Below, in pieces: positions 51,516 to 64,000 of a stretch of 64,000 nucleotides of DNA (within the stretch, counting starts at the first letter, position 1; each line of letters opens with the position of its first letter). The stretch spans positions 21,142,001 to 21,206,000 of the forward strand of contig OX597820.1 in the NCBI GenBank assembly GCA_951406725.2, in the 5' to 3' direction. This DNA comes from Octopus vulgaris (Eukaryota). Position numbers and translations under genes: made by a program. The notes under the pieces were generated by a model. The model did no database searches and was not told the DNA's origin. It saw only the letters and a list, made by a program, of their open reading frames with translations.

Positions 51516-51916
51516 ATAATGATAATGATAATAATGATAATAATTCTATTTTTATTGGCCACGATTTGTTTATTAACCACAAAAAGTTTACATTAAGAAA
51601 ACCATTATGAACGGGACAAAACAAAGAATGCTTGTGTGTGTGTGTGTATGTGTGTGAGTGAGTGTTGTTGTGAGGGGTTTGCGTGTAAACAAAATTAACA
51701 TAATGAAGCAAACAAAAGAAAACAAAAACTTCAACAATGTGTAATCCTCAATAGGGGTGGGGGGAACCATTCGTTCGAAGGCTGCTCTTGGAAAAAAAAA
51801 CCCATGGGTACCCTGACTTTTGGAGCAGGTACCTCTTTTCCTTTCCTTTACAGGTATGTGCCCAGGGCAGGCCCATTCACTCACACCATTCTTCCCACTT
51901 TCAAATAATAATAATA

Positions 51917-51947
<31 letters not shown>

Positions 51948-51958
51948 TAATAGTAATA

Positions 51959-51998
<40 letters not shown>

Positions 51999-52097
51999 TA
52001 ATAATAATAATGATAAATAACAAACCACAGCACATACACAAGGCACACTGAGCTGCGCTCGGTAGTGAAGTGAAAGCACGCTTTAAAAATAAAACTA

Positions 52098-52156
<59 letters not shown>

Positions 52157-52281
52157 AAATAATGATAATAATAATAATGATGATGATGATGATAATAATA
52201 ATGATGATGATAATAATAATGATGATGATAATAATAATAATGATGATAATAATAATGATAATAATAATAATAATAATAACG

Positions 52282-52351
<70 letters not shown>

Positions 52352-52353
52352 TG

Positions 52354-52384
<31 letters not shown>

Positions 52385-52386
52385 TG

Positions 52387-52439
<53 letters not shown>

Positions 52440-52900
52440 GATGACCTTGGTGATGATGATGATGATGATGATGATGATAGTAGTATAACAACAACAATAA
52501 CTACTGCTACTACTACTAATAATAATAATCCTTTCTGCTAATAATGCTGATGATATTGATGATGATGATGATGACGATGATGATGCCGGACAACAGTGAC
52601 ATTGTCTGTCTTATCATTTTAAATGGCAGATCTCCCTCCTTGTGTTGTTAGACAATAATTGACTTCGGCGGGGGGGGGGTTCCAGTCAGACCCCTACTCT
52701 CACCCACTCAACCGCCGTCAGATGCCAATCACCTAATGACCAATAACTAACGACACATTTACAGCTTTTAACTAAATTAATAGCCAAGTAAAGAGTACGA
52801 GGGGTGGTGGGTGTGAGAAAGAAGTGGGTGGCAAAGGTGGATGGAGAGTCTGCTTGAAATTTATGAGACATGATTCAAAACTAATCAGAAAAATGCTAAT
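50900..52900. promoter_or_regulatory. Candidate regulatory or promoter region (TE-free and microsatellite-dense)
   Basis: GA tract, RFX X-box-like gctgtcatggcaac (51040-51053), Fox-like gtaaacaaa, two CCAAT (52725, 52740), retained CpGs, and no SINE insertions over about 2 kb. Confidence 0.3.
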
Positions 52901-53101
52901 AAGGTGATAAATAATGATTTACAAAAAAAAAAAAAAGAAGAACACACACACACACAGCAGTAATTTGAACTACCTTATCTAATTATTGTTGGATATTGGC
53001 ACCATTTTCATTACCCAGCTATTTTGCGGTATCTTCATCTTTCAGTACACATACATGATACATGGACACTCACACCTATGTATATATTTACATGTGTATG
53101 G

Positions 53102-53133
<32 letters not shown>

Positions 53134-53134
53134 A

Positions 53135-53195
<61 letters not shown>

Positions 53196-53235
53196 CTGTC
53201 TGGATGTTTTGTGTTCTTGTCCCATTTTGTATTTT

Positions 53236-53294
<59 letters not shown>

Positions 53295-53434
53295 TGAGAG
53301 GGAATCCACCAAAAGTGAACTCCCTTATGCTAGCCACTAAAAGTTGTTCTCAAGAAAAAACTTAGCACACCATGAACATAAGCGGGCAGGACAACTGAAA
53401 AATAACTTTTCACCCTCATTTTGATTTTAATTCT

Positions 53435-53478
<44 letters not shown>

Positions 53479-53481
53479 AAG

Positions 53482-54223
53482 CTGTGTACGTACACTTTCG
53501 TCTCTTATATGTGAGTATATATTTATCTAAATCTTGTATGACTCTGTTCTTTCTTTCAATCAGCCCTTTCATGCTTATTTGTTCATTCCACTCTTTGTTC
53601 TTTCATTCCCCCTCTCTCACATTTCCCTGCCTTCTCTTCTTGCTCACCTTCCCTCCTCTTTTCACTTCACTGTGTCCAAGTCATTTCTTTGTCACCCCTC
53701 CTTAATTCTTCTGTCCCTCTGCCTCTGCCTCTCTTTCTTCTCTCCCCACGTGACTGGTGTTCAGTCAAGCCTGATCTTTCTTTCTTGGTTTGGCCATTGT
53801 CCATGCAACATCTATATTCCTCCCTGTACTTGTGAAATCTTGTATCCCTGCTGTAAGGCTTTATTTCCACACAAGCCAGCTTAATTCAATTCGTTCTTAG
53901 TTGAAAGACACCTGTTGTTATGTCCTGTTATTTGTATTTGTGTAACATTCTCCATTAATTTCCGTCCATGTTTTCATATACATTCGCTGCTTTCTTCCAA
54001 GGAATCTAATGCTCTTAGCTTAGTTTTTCCTTGGGGCTGACCAGATTGGAGCACTCTCGAGTATAACCAGCTGAAATTGCAAAGATAATCTGGAACTCGA
54101 CTGAGGAAAGAAAACTCCTAATGACCCATTCTTGTTTCCTTTGTATTGTCTATCTGGATGTTTTGTTGTCCCTTTTTTGTATCACCGAACTGCTTGGATG
54201 TTTTGCGTTCTTGTCCCATTGTG

Positions 54224-54230
<7 letters not shown>
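53482..54230 (+). mobile_element. Penelope-like pLTR remnant with partial direct duplications
   Basis: 53195-53235 duplicates 54188-54230 and 53482-53520 duplicates 54268-54310; pyrimidine-rich and set in (TA)n. Family call is tentative. Confidence 0.45.
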
Positions 54231-54269
<39 letters not shown>

Positions 54270-54524
54270 GTGTATGTACACTTTGGTCTCTTACATGTAA
54301 GTCTATATATATATATTACAGAGATGTAATTGCATAGCAAGTAACCTGATCTGAGATCGTGTGCTGGAACGAAAACAATTGCAGTGTGGAAGGTGTTTAT
54401 AAGCCATTTAAGAAACACACAAAAACCATTAGATTCACTTCAACATTTAAATTTAATTTGCCAAAATATTTTTGTCAGTTTGAGACTGTGAACTGTTAAT
54501 TGACAAAATTCCATGCTGCATATA

Positions 54525-54560
<36 letters not shown>

Positions 54561-54567
<7 letters not shown>

Positions 54568-54666
54568 GGGTTGGACAAAATAATGGAAACACCTGAAAAT
54601 TTCAAGCAAATTTATTTTAATATGGGGTAGAAATGCCTTTGGCAATAATTACAGCTTGAATTCTAC
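54561..54666. mobile_element. Tc1-like terminal fragment
   Basis: TA|caggggttggacaaaataatggaaacac is a typical Tc1 TIR start. Confidence 0.55.
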
Positions 54667-54843
54667 TACTATACTACTACTACTACTACCCTGGTCTGTA
54701 CCTGATGTCGAGTTTTCTGGTTGTGTGGAGAGGAGAATGTCTAGTTTCTGTTTGAAAAAACCATTAAGTTACAGGGATGCAAATACACCACCATCAGTTG
54801 TCAAACGATGTTGGTGGGGACAAACACAGACATACAAACATAT

Positions 54844-54886
<43 letters not shown>

Positions 54887-56749
54887 CGACGGGCTTCTTT
54901 CAGTTTCCATCTACCAAATCCACTCACAAGGCTTTGGTCGGCCTGAGACTATAGTAGAAGACACTTGCCCAAGGTGTCATGCAGTGAGAATGAACCCGGA
55001 ACCATATGGCTGGTAAGCAAGCTACTATCCACACAACGACAACAATTCTGCCAGCTCACATCTTAGACACACACATATATATATATTTGCATACGTATAA
55101 ACATATGCATACTTACAAATACATGTATTATGTCTGTGAACATGTCATCTTAGTGTCCATGTATATATATGTGCATGTGCATGTGTGTGCATATGTGTGT
55201 GAATGCATGTATATACTGGTAGATGAAAGGAAAACAAAATAATAGGTTAAGAAAATTAATGGCTATAGGCAACTAGACAAGAGAAAATATATTGTAAATT
55301 ACAGCTTTGGATCATATTTTGAGATTTTACTAAATCATCTTTCATTATCAAAATTATTGTCCTAGCATTTTTCTCGTTTGTTTTGGTATGTATCTCATAA
55401 ACCTCAAGCTAAAACCGTACTCTTTATACGGCTATTAATTTGGTTAAAAGCTGTAATGGGTTATTAGTAATTGGTGATCAACATAACTAAGAGTTTTGCA
55501 GTGTCCATTATTCAAACAATGGAAGACGAGGTACAGCATAAGAATATTTTAGTAAAATATTTGTAAGAATATTAATGTATGGATTTGTGAATGAAATTTG
55601 ACTGATTGTCTCAAAAGCATTTGTGAGTGTGTAATATGTTCATTTATTCGATTGTCATATGGAAAACATATGATATATTTATCTATTCAAATATGTAAAC
55701 AGTTATTTTCATGTCTTTAGTTTCATGTGTAAGACACACAAAAGCAAATGATGTGGCTATTGATAAGGCAAGCTTAGTGTAGATGAATAACAAAATTCTA
55801 TTTTTCAAGATCCAGCTATATTTCAGAGCATGACAAATCATATATATATGGGGAATAAACTATATTTTGTCAGTTAGAATTTGGACATTCTTGAATAAAC
55901 ATTGATGAAAGTGTATGCAAGTATTCACATATTTATTTCTGTATGCCTGAATACAAGTGCATGTGGTAAGAATTCTTTTCCATCGGATTTTCCGTAAATT
56001 TTGTTTAACTCTTGATTTCAGTTATTTGCAAGAAAGACTTTCATTCAATGAATTATAGTTTTTTTTAAATTTCTAATTGAAAGAAACATGCTATTGGTCA
56101 GGCAAATTATATAGAGAGAAGAATCTTCTCTCATGTTAGTACTAGAAATGTTTTATCTGCTTATTTGGCAATGAAAACAATAAAGTTTTTGGTGAAAATA
56201 TAGCTCACATCAAGACTATTTCCTTTGGAAATCTAATGATATCAATAATATCTATGGAGAAATATTCATTTATAAGAAAATCTTGAAAATATGGAAGCAA
56301 CCATTGCAACTATGTGGTGGATCATGCTATATGGTATTTTATTTCATATTTTTATGCTTTTTATTATTAGTATATTATTAGTATTGTTCCTTTGAATTCA
56401 CAATATATATGCATCTTTTTAATATAAAGAAGCATATATAAAAATTCCTTGTCAAAAGATAAACTGGATATACACTTACTAATATTATTAACAAAGCTTC
56501 TAAACATTACTGGGGACTAGTTGTAATTTATATTACTAAGGAGGCGATTTTTTGTCCCATTGTTTATAAAGTAAGTAACTACTAGCATCTAGCTTCAGAG
56601 TTATGTCTAAAAAATTAAATGTATTTAACTTTGCATATATTATGATTTTAAGACCAAATGAGTTTGGTTTCTTTTGATTCCTCCACAAAACAAAGAATTA
56701 GAACACTTTGCTTATATAGTATCATGGATGTTGAAGATTTTCAGTTGAA

Positions 56750-57260
56750 TAAAATCACATGACGTGGCAGTTCCAATGCCACTGACAGATGATTCTCATC
56801 TGCTATGATCCTATGTCTGCTTTCATGCAACAAGCACTTACAAGATAGGATCTCTCATGGCTAATAACGTAGCATTCAAGCATTCAGCGTTCTAACAAGA
56901 CATCCACATTAAGTTGGATATAAAGATTACTTTTGGGTACTAATACTGCTTATGTTGTTAATAATTAATCATTAATAAGCCTGCTGACTATTTGTGATAT
57001 CAGTGTCTGAAAAGCTCCAGAAATTCTATATACCTTCACGGTGAGATTTCACTGGCATGCAGTGACTGGACACCTCACACTAATGATTTCCCAGTAAAAT
57101 GAAATTACAAGAAATGGGAGTTCTGGTGCCATCAACAGATGATTCTTATCTGCTGTGATATATGTGTGTGCTTTATGCACCAAGCACCTGTATAAGAGGA
57201 TCTCTCAAAGCTTATAACAGTATTCAGTGTTCTTGCCAGATATCCACATTATGTTGGATA

Positions 57261-57262
<2 letters not shown>
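56750..57262. repeat. Diverged direct duplication of about 170 bp (56750-56922 and 57100-57262)
   Basis: Shared blocks acagatgattctYatctgct, caagcac, aggatctctca and atccacattaWgttggata at an offset of 340-350 bp. Confidence 0.8.
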
Positions 57263-57311
<49 letters not shown>

Positions 57312-57491
57312 TTATATATAAATCTACAGACACACATACGTAGATCATCATCATCATCATCATCATCGTCGTTTAACGTCCGTTCTCCATGCTAGCATGG
57401 GTTGGACCATGAATATATGTATTTTATGTCTGCATGTATGTATACACATACATATATGCAAACGTGTGTGTTTACATATATATATATATAT

Positions 57492-57552
<61 letters not shown>

Positions 57553-58324
57553 CAGACAGATACAAAATACATACATAGATACATGTATACATAGACATTT
57601 CCATTTAAATTTCAAAATTACATTTGCAATACTTCATTTCACATAATCGATTCACAATTTAAATTGCTATAAAATTTATATAACCAAGCAGAGTATACAA
57701 CTGTTTCAAAGATAAAAAAAACAGCTTTTATGAAAATACTCTTCAAAATTATGGTAGAAAAACCACACAAATATTTACCTATTATTTTAAAATTAAAATG
57801 GCTCAGTGGTTAGGGCAGCCGACTCGTGGTCGGAGGATCATGGTTTTGATTCCCAGACCAGGCATTGTGTGTGTTTATTGAGCGAAAACACCTAAAGCTC
57901 CACAAAGATCCAGCAGAGAGTGGTGGCGACCCCTGTTGTACTATTTCGCCCCAAATTTCTCTCACTCTTTCCTTCTGTTTCTTGAGTAATGCTGCGATGG
58001 ACTGGGGGGAACACATACACCACAGAAACCGGGAAACCGGGCCCATGAGCCTGGCTAGGCTTGAAAAGGGCGCATAAATAAAAATTACAATTAAAAGAAC
58101 TATTCTCTGAACCTATACTATGTTTCAGAAAACATTTCTATAAAGAAAACTAAAGGAACATGGTTCAGTATATAATTAAAGCACTAACAACATTATTATT
58201 ATTATTATGAGTGTAATTTCTATTGATTTAATACACTTTTTTGTCTCATTACATTCACTATGTTATGATCCATTTAACTATGTTTTCTTCGTGCAGAAGG
58301 TGTCCTTATCTTTAATTGCTTAAT

Positions 58325-58710
58325 CACTCTTTTACTCTTTTGCTTGTTTCAGTCTGTGGCCGTGCTGGAGCACTGCCTTTAGTCGAGCAAATCGAACCCA
58401 GGACTTATTCTTTGTAAGCCTAGTACTTATTCTATCGGTCTCTTTTGCCGAACGACTAAGTTACGGGGATGTAAACACACAAGCATCGGTCGTCAAGTGA
58501 TGTTGTGGGGACAAACACAGACACACAAACACACACATACATATATACAACAGGCTTCTTTCAGTTTCCATCAATCAAATCCACTCACAAGGCTTTGGTC
58601 AGCCCAAGGCTATAGTAGAAGACATTTGCCCAAGGTGCCACGCAGTGGGACTGAACCCGGAATCATGTGGTTGGTAAGCAAGCTACTTACTGCACAGCCT
58701 CTCCTACGCC
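58325..58710 (-). mobile_element. SINE family A
   Basis: Full-length reverse-complement copy. Confidence 0.85.
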
Positions 58711-59103
58711 TAGGTACTTATCATGCAGCCATTCCGATGCCTAATTAATAATTTTCATGCAAAATTCAATATTGTTTAAAAATTATTTTAAAACGTTAGA
58801 CTATGTCTATCTGAGAAGGTTCTGATGAGACTAATACATGCTCAATTTTATCATCGTTACAATCAGAGACTGAACTACCCCGCTGTTTCATTATCTTTTT
58901 AATTTTTATCAACTTAAAAAACTTAAAGCCTAAAGTTTTCTCCCTTATCACTCATGCAAAAAGATTGTCATTAATGCAAATGGCTAATGACTTTTCTTCT
59001 CGTTACAGGTGCAATTTGAATCAATTGGAATCAATTAATAATTATTTTTGGCTCACTACACAAAATTCATTAACCCACATTTAGCTATATTTTCTTCATG
59101 CAG

Positions 59104-59126
59104 AGGACACCCCTGGCAAAAGAAAG
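59104..59126 (+). CDS. Candidate 23-nt microexon of an unidentified host gene
   Basis: tattttcttcatgcag|AGGACACCCCTGGCAAAAGAAAG|gtaagt: polypyrimidine acceptor, consensus donor, no stops (e.g. xDTPGKRK). Confidence 0.4.
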
Positions 59127-59720
59127 GTAAGTTTTACAAGTTATTTTATTTCTGCTCAAGTCACAAGGCCTTGAAAATTTTATGGGGAAGGCAGGGCTAG
59201 TTGATTACGTCAACCCTAGTGCATAACTGGGACTTATTTCATCGACCCCAAAAGGATGAAAGGCAAAGTCAACCTATTTCTTTATTACCCACGAGAGGCT
59301 AAATGCAGAAGGGACAAACAAGGACAGACAAACGGATTAAGTTGATTATATCGACCCCAGTGCCTAACTGGTACTTATTTAATCGACCCTGAAAGGATGA
59401 AAGGCAAAGTCGACCCTGACAGAATTTCATCTCAGAATGTAGCAGCAGATGAAATACTGCTAAGCATTTTACTGATGTGCTAATGATTCTGCCAGCTCAC
59501 TACCCTATGAAGACAAATAAATAAAAAAACAGAAATTCTGTGTTGACTCCTTTTCTTTTACTTTCAGTGTGTAACCATGCTTTTGACTGTTTTTGATTTC
59601 TTTAATATTTTGGGGGGTTTTTTGTGTCGTTTTGGGGGATAGAGGCATGATGCAACAGCTTCTGAAGTGTTATGTTACTGAAATATTCAATCATTTTATC
59701 AAATGTTTTATAATCTAAAT

Positions 59721-60768
59721 CAGTGTTTCTCAAACTATCTGATGTAGTGTACCGGCAGTTTTGTTTACCAATGTGCCAGGGATCAGTAATATTTCTTAGT
59801 ATTATTAATTTATACTGGAAACAATATTCTTTTGCTCTTTTATTCTTTTATTTGTTTCAGTCATTTGACTGTGGCCATGCTGGAGCACTGCCTATAGTCA
59901 AGCAAATCGACCCCAGAGCCTAGTACTTATTATATTGATCTCTTTTGCTGAACCACTAGGTTACGGGGACGTAAGCACACCAGCATCGGTTGTCAAGTGA
60001 TATTGGGGGGCCAAACACAGACACACAGACATATACACACACATACATACATATATATGTTTGTTTTGTTTGTTCCTTCTCGAGCCATGCCTGGCTCATA
60101 AGGGTCGGTTTCCCGGTTTCCTTGGCGTATAGGTTCCCCACCTTGATGGGACACCAGTCCATCGCAGGTGAGCTGCAAGATACAGGGAGGAAAGAGTGAG
60201 AGAAAGTTGTGGTGAAAGAGTCAGCAGAAGTTCGCCATTACCTTCTGCTGGAGCCGCGTGGAGCTTAGGTGTTTCACTCATAAACACACATATCGCCCAG
60301 TCTGAGATTCGAACTCGCGATCCCTCAACATTAAGTCCGCTGCTCTAATCACTAGGCCATGTGCTTCCACACACACACACATATACATATACGACGGGCT
60401 TCTTCCTGTTTACGTCTATCAAATCCACTCACAAGGCTTTGGTCAGCCCGAGGCTACAGTAGAAGACACTTGCCCAAGTTGCCATGCAGTGGGACTGAAC
60501 CTGGGACCATGTGGTTGGTAAGCAAGCTACTTACCACACAGCCACTCCTGCACCTATATAAATATATATATATAACGAATATAATATAAGTTGACAATCT
60601 TTTTTTATCTTATATTTATTTTGTAAACAAATAATGCAATATTACATAAGCATTTTATAAGAATTTTATATGCATTTTATAAGCATTTTATAATGTTTCT
60701 TTCTTTTCTGGAAATTCGCCATGTACTGGTAGCTAATGGCTCATGGACCACCACTTTGAGTAGCACTG
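59721..60768. mobile_element. hAT (Charlie-like) MITE hosting SINE A, which hosts SINE C
   Basis: TIR cagtgtttctcaaa / tttgagtagcactg; 8-bp TSD atctaaat at 59713-59720 and 60769-60776. Confidence 0.85.
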
Positions 60769-61196
60769 ATCTAAATAACCCAAATTTTATTCAGTAATAT
60801 TTCCTTTTATGGTTTTATGATTTTATTGTTTGTGATCATAGGAATGAGCATATTATGTAGCTGTGTGCTAAAGAAGTTTTGGGTTCAATCCCACTGCAAG
60901 TCACTTAGAGCAAGAGTCATCTCTAATTGACATTGCATGAATATTGCAAACGAATGTCACCATCATACAAGTGGTGTCGTTCCTTTTCAATCTTATGTGA
61001 AAACATGTCCAGCCTATTGGGAAATGCTACCTTCATTTGTGACAGGTAAAAATTGGCAACATGTAAGACATCTGGCTGTAGCCTTAGAAAATCTGCCTCA
61101 TTGAATTCCCTCTGACTCATGCAAGCTTGGATCATCGCTGATGTCTGTCCTTGTTTGTCCTCTCTGTGTTTAGCTCCTTGTGGGTAGTAAAGAAAT

Positions 61197-61690
61197 AGAT
61201 GTTGATGATGATGATGATGATAACATTAATGATAATGATGAGGAGAAGGATGATGATGATCTGATGACCATGATGATGATGATGATTATGACATTGATGA
61301 TGATGATGATAATAATCATGATGATGACGAGGAGGAGGAGGAAGAGGATTGGGATGATTGTGATGATGATGATGATGATGATGGTGATGATGACATTACT
61401 GACGATGATGAGGATGATGATGCTGATGACCATGACAATAATAATGATGATTATGACATTGATGATGATGATAATCATGATGATGACGAGGAGGAGGAGG
61501 ATCGGGATGATTGTGATGATGATGATGATGAGGAGAAGGATGATGATAATGCTGATGACCATGATGATGATGATGATGACCATGATGATGATAATGATGA
61601 TTATGACATTGATGATGATGATAATCATGATGATGGCAAGGAGGAGGAGGAAGAGGAAGGGGAGGAGGAAGAAGAAGAAGAAGATGAAGG
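61197..61690. repeat. Degenerate (ATG/GAG)n low-complexity tract with internal block duplications
   Basis: gattatgacattgatgatgatgataatcatgatgatg recurs three times. Confidence 0.9.
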
Positions 61691-62319
61691 GGGATATTCT
61701 ATGACTTGTATTTGTTTACCTACTTTACCTGTCTACTTATTCTTTCTCGGGAACTCTTGTGGAAGTCTGTTAGTGGCATGGACACATTGAGAGCACATCT
61801 CAAAATATATACATACATTCTACTTCTTTTTCATGCAGTTGAATTGTTTTCCAATAGCACAGCCTTTAAACATTATATCCAGGAATGCCAGTAAATTCCC
61901 ATTATTACGAGAGTCTTACGTATATAAGGAGGCTTTTGTTTTTTGCAAATCTCTTACGATAAAAATTCCTGCTCTTAAGTTTCCATTGTTATGTTTTCTT
62001 TCTTTCATCAACTTGCATCGGACACAATGTTTTTCAAAGCTAATGATACTCAAGATTACATATTCTCATATGAAATACTGTTGCTGGTGGAGTTTAAATT
62101 CTTATCTTTTCTTAAGTACAAAGCAGCTTTAAGCGTGGCTGTGTTGTTAAGAAATTTGTACCCCAACCCAACCATATGGTTGATTCTGGGTTCAGTCCCA
62201 CTGTGTGGCACCATGGGCAAGTATCTTTTCCTGTAGCTCTGGGCCAGCCAGAGCTACAGGAAAAGAGTGGATTTGGTAGATGGAAACTGAAAGAGGTTCA
62301 TCCTTTATATATATGTGCA

Positions 62320-62655
62320 TTGGAAATTGCAGCTAAGACACCCGTGCTGGTGACACGTAAAAAACACTGTCCGAACGTGGCAGATATTAGCACCACCTGA
62401 CTGGCATCCGTGTCGGTGACACCTAAAAGCACCAACCAATCGTGGCTGCTTGCCAGCCTGCTCTGGCCCCTGTGCCGGTGGCATGTAAAAAACACCCACT
62501 ACACTCACGGAGTGGTTGGCATTAGGAAGGGCATCCAGCTGTAGAAACACTGCCAAATCAGACTAGAGCCTGGTGCAGCCTCCATGGTTTACCAGACCCC
62601 GGTCGAACCATCCAACCCATGCTAGCATGGAAAACGGACGTTAAATGATAATGAT
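62320..62655 (+). mobile_element. RTE-type LINE 3' tail
   Basis: Three pseudoknot-type modules plus the terminus. Confidence 0.8.
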
Positions 62656-63018
62656 GATGTATGTATGTATGTATGTATGTATGTATGTATATACTGTATT
62701 TTGAGATAATAGCATGAAATTCAATATTTAAAAAATTCCTCACAATGATATATATATGTCTAAAATAGTGTTGTATTAAAAATATATATATAGATATATG
62801 AAGCATAACAGCTTAAAAATTTGTTAATTAATGCATCTTACGATCGTTTCACGAAAGTATTGTCATTATAGTGGAATCCATTGTTGATACACATTGATAC
62901 TTTTGCTCGTCAGAGATGGAGAAGATAAAGTTTTTATAATATATCGAATGTTGTTTTGAAATTATAAAAATATATACTCTTTTACTTCATATTCTGATTA
63001 TTTAATATGTGTATGTGG

Positions 63019-63053
<35 letters not shown>

Positions 63054-63299
63054 TTTGTGTGTGTGTAGATAGATAAAAATAGATATAGCCAGTCTATGGG
63101 GTTACCTTAGGTTTCAAATCTGTAAAGAGCTTAACTTTGTAGTGTTTCTTCGGGCCTTAGGCCTATGGCCTCTCTAGCTAGTGGCCTCTCTAGAAAATTT
63201 AAACGGAAAAGACTTTGCCACTCTGTGTCAACAACCAGAGATTGTCTCTATGTTAACCAATGTCAACCTCTGGTACTAATCTTATATCATCATCATCAT

Positions 63300-63660
63300 C
63301 GTTTAACGTCCGCTTTCCATGCTGGCATGGGTTGGACAACTGACTGAGAGCTGGTGAACCAGATGGCTGCGCCAGGCTTCAATATTGATCTGGCAGAGTT
63401 TCTACAGCTGGATGCCCTTCCTAATGCCAACCACTCCGAGAGTGTAGTGGATGCTTTTACGTGCCAGTCAGGCGGTACTGGCAATGACCTCGCTCGAATC
63501 TTTTACACGTGCCACCAGCACAGGTGCCAGAAAGGCGATGCTGGTAACGATCACGCTCAAATGGTGTTTTTACGTGCCACTGGCACGGAGGCCAGATAGC
63601 CACTCTGGCAACGATCACGCTCGGATGATGCTCTTAATACTCTACTAGCACGGGGCTTGA
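63300..63660 (-). mobile_element. RTE-type LINE 3' tail
   Basis: Reverse-complement terminus and modules. Confidence 0.8.
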
Positions 63661-63809
63661 GTGCCATGGTAACAGACAGAGCATATGAACATAGAAAAGC
63701 TGTTTCAATAAATTCTATTGAACCCATGAAATTATGGGGAAGTGGTCATTAAAGCAATAACATGTGGTGGTCTTTGATATGGTTTCCATCCACCAAAATT
63801 CTGCTCACG

Positions 63810-64000
63810 TGACAATGAGGAGTGACCAAAACCTTTGGTGATATGTTATGCTTGAGAAGACTTGTCAAGCCAAGAGAAATCGCAGTTTTGGTTGATACCG
63901 GTGTCACGTAACTAACACTTGTGCTGGTGGTATGTAAAAAGCACCCATTACACTCTGGGAGTGGTTGGCATTAGGAAGGGCATCAAGTTGTAGAAACTAA
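63810..64000 (+). mobile_element. RTE-type LINE 3' tail (runs off the window)
   Basis: gtgctggtggtatgtaaaaagcacccattacactc…aggaagggcatc. Confidence 0.75.

Noticed and set aside
51108-52497. Poly-N/L/Y/I/H ORFs as low-complexity proteins (also at 0.3, 2.6, 6.5, 11.4 and 61.2 kb)
   Set aside because: Translations of microsatellites with no splice or domain support.
58821-58875. CTGATGAG as a hammerhead core
   Set aside because: No stem II partner or GAAA box downstream.
61839-62132. Possible exon after the acceptor ttctttttcatgcag
   Set aside because: The acceptor is plausible, but there is no good donor and no recognisable peptide.

Overview
Eukaryotic, AT-rich and saturated with repeats. 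The repeat families look like coleoid cephalopod, most likely Octopus (inference from recognition, not a search). No intact protein-coding gene is supported: nearly all ORFs in the track are microsatellite or TE artefacts. Contents: three abundant tRNA-headed SINE families; many RTE-type LINE 3' tails; remnants of CR1, Tx1/L1, R4/Dong and Penelope-like elements (PLEs); decayed maT (DD37D) and mariner transposons; hAT, piggyBac-like, pogo-like, Helitron and Helentron-type non-autonomous elements; one 5S rRNA and one U6 snRNA pseudocopy; and a few + strand splice signals (a 23-nt microexon candidate and an AG|GT site), so part of the window may be intronic. The most interesting signals are RNA-structural. 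(1) A compact H-type pseudoknot motif with covariation recurs in RTE 3' tails and is amplified about 21-fold in a higher-order tandem array inside a block flanked by inverted repeats (22.8-26.4 kb). (2) Several minimal hammerhead ribozyme motifs occur, one inside a tRNA-headed SINE bounded by a target-site duplication (TSD). (3) A possible 5S-RTE chimeric SINE3. (4) Several long hairpins and a diverged duplicate with conserved stem-loops. Coordinates were counted by eye, and boundaries of decayed elements are approximate.
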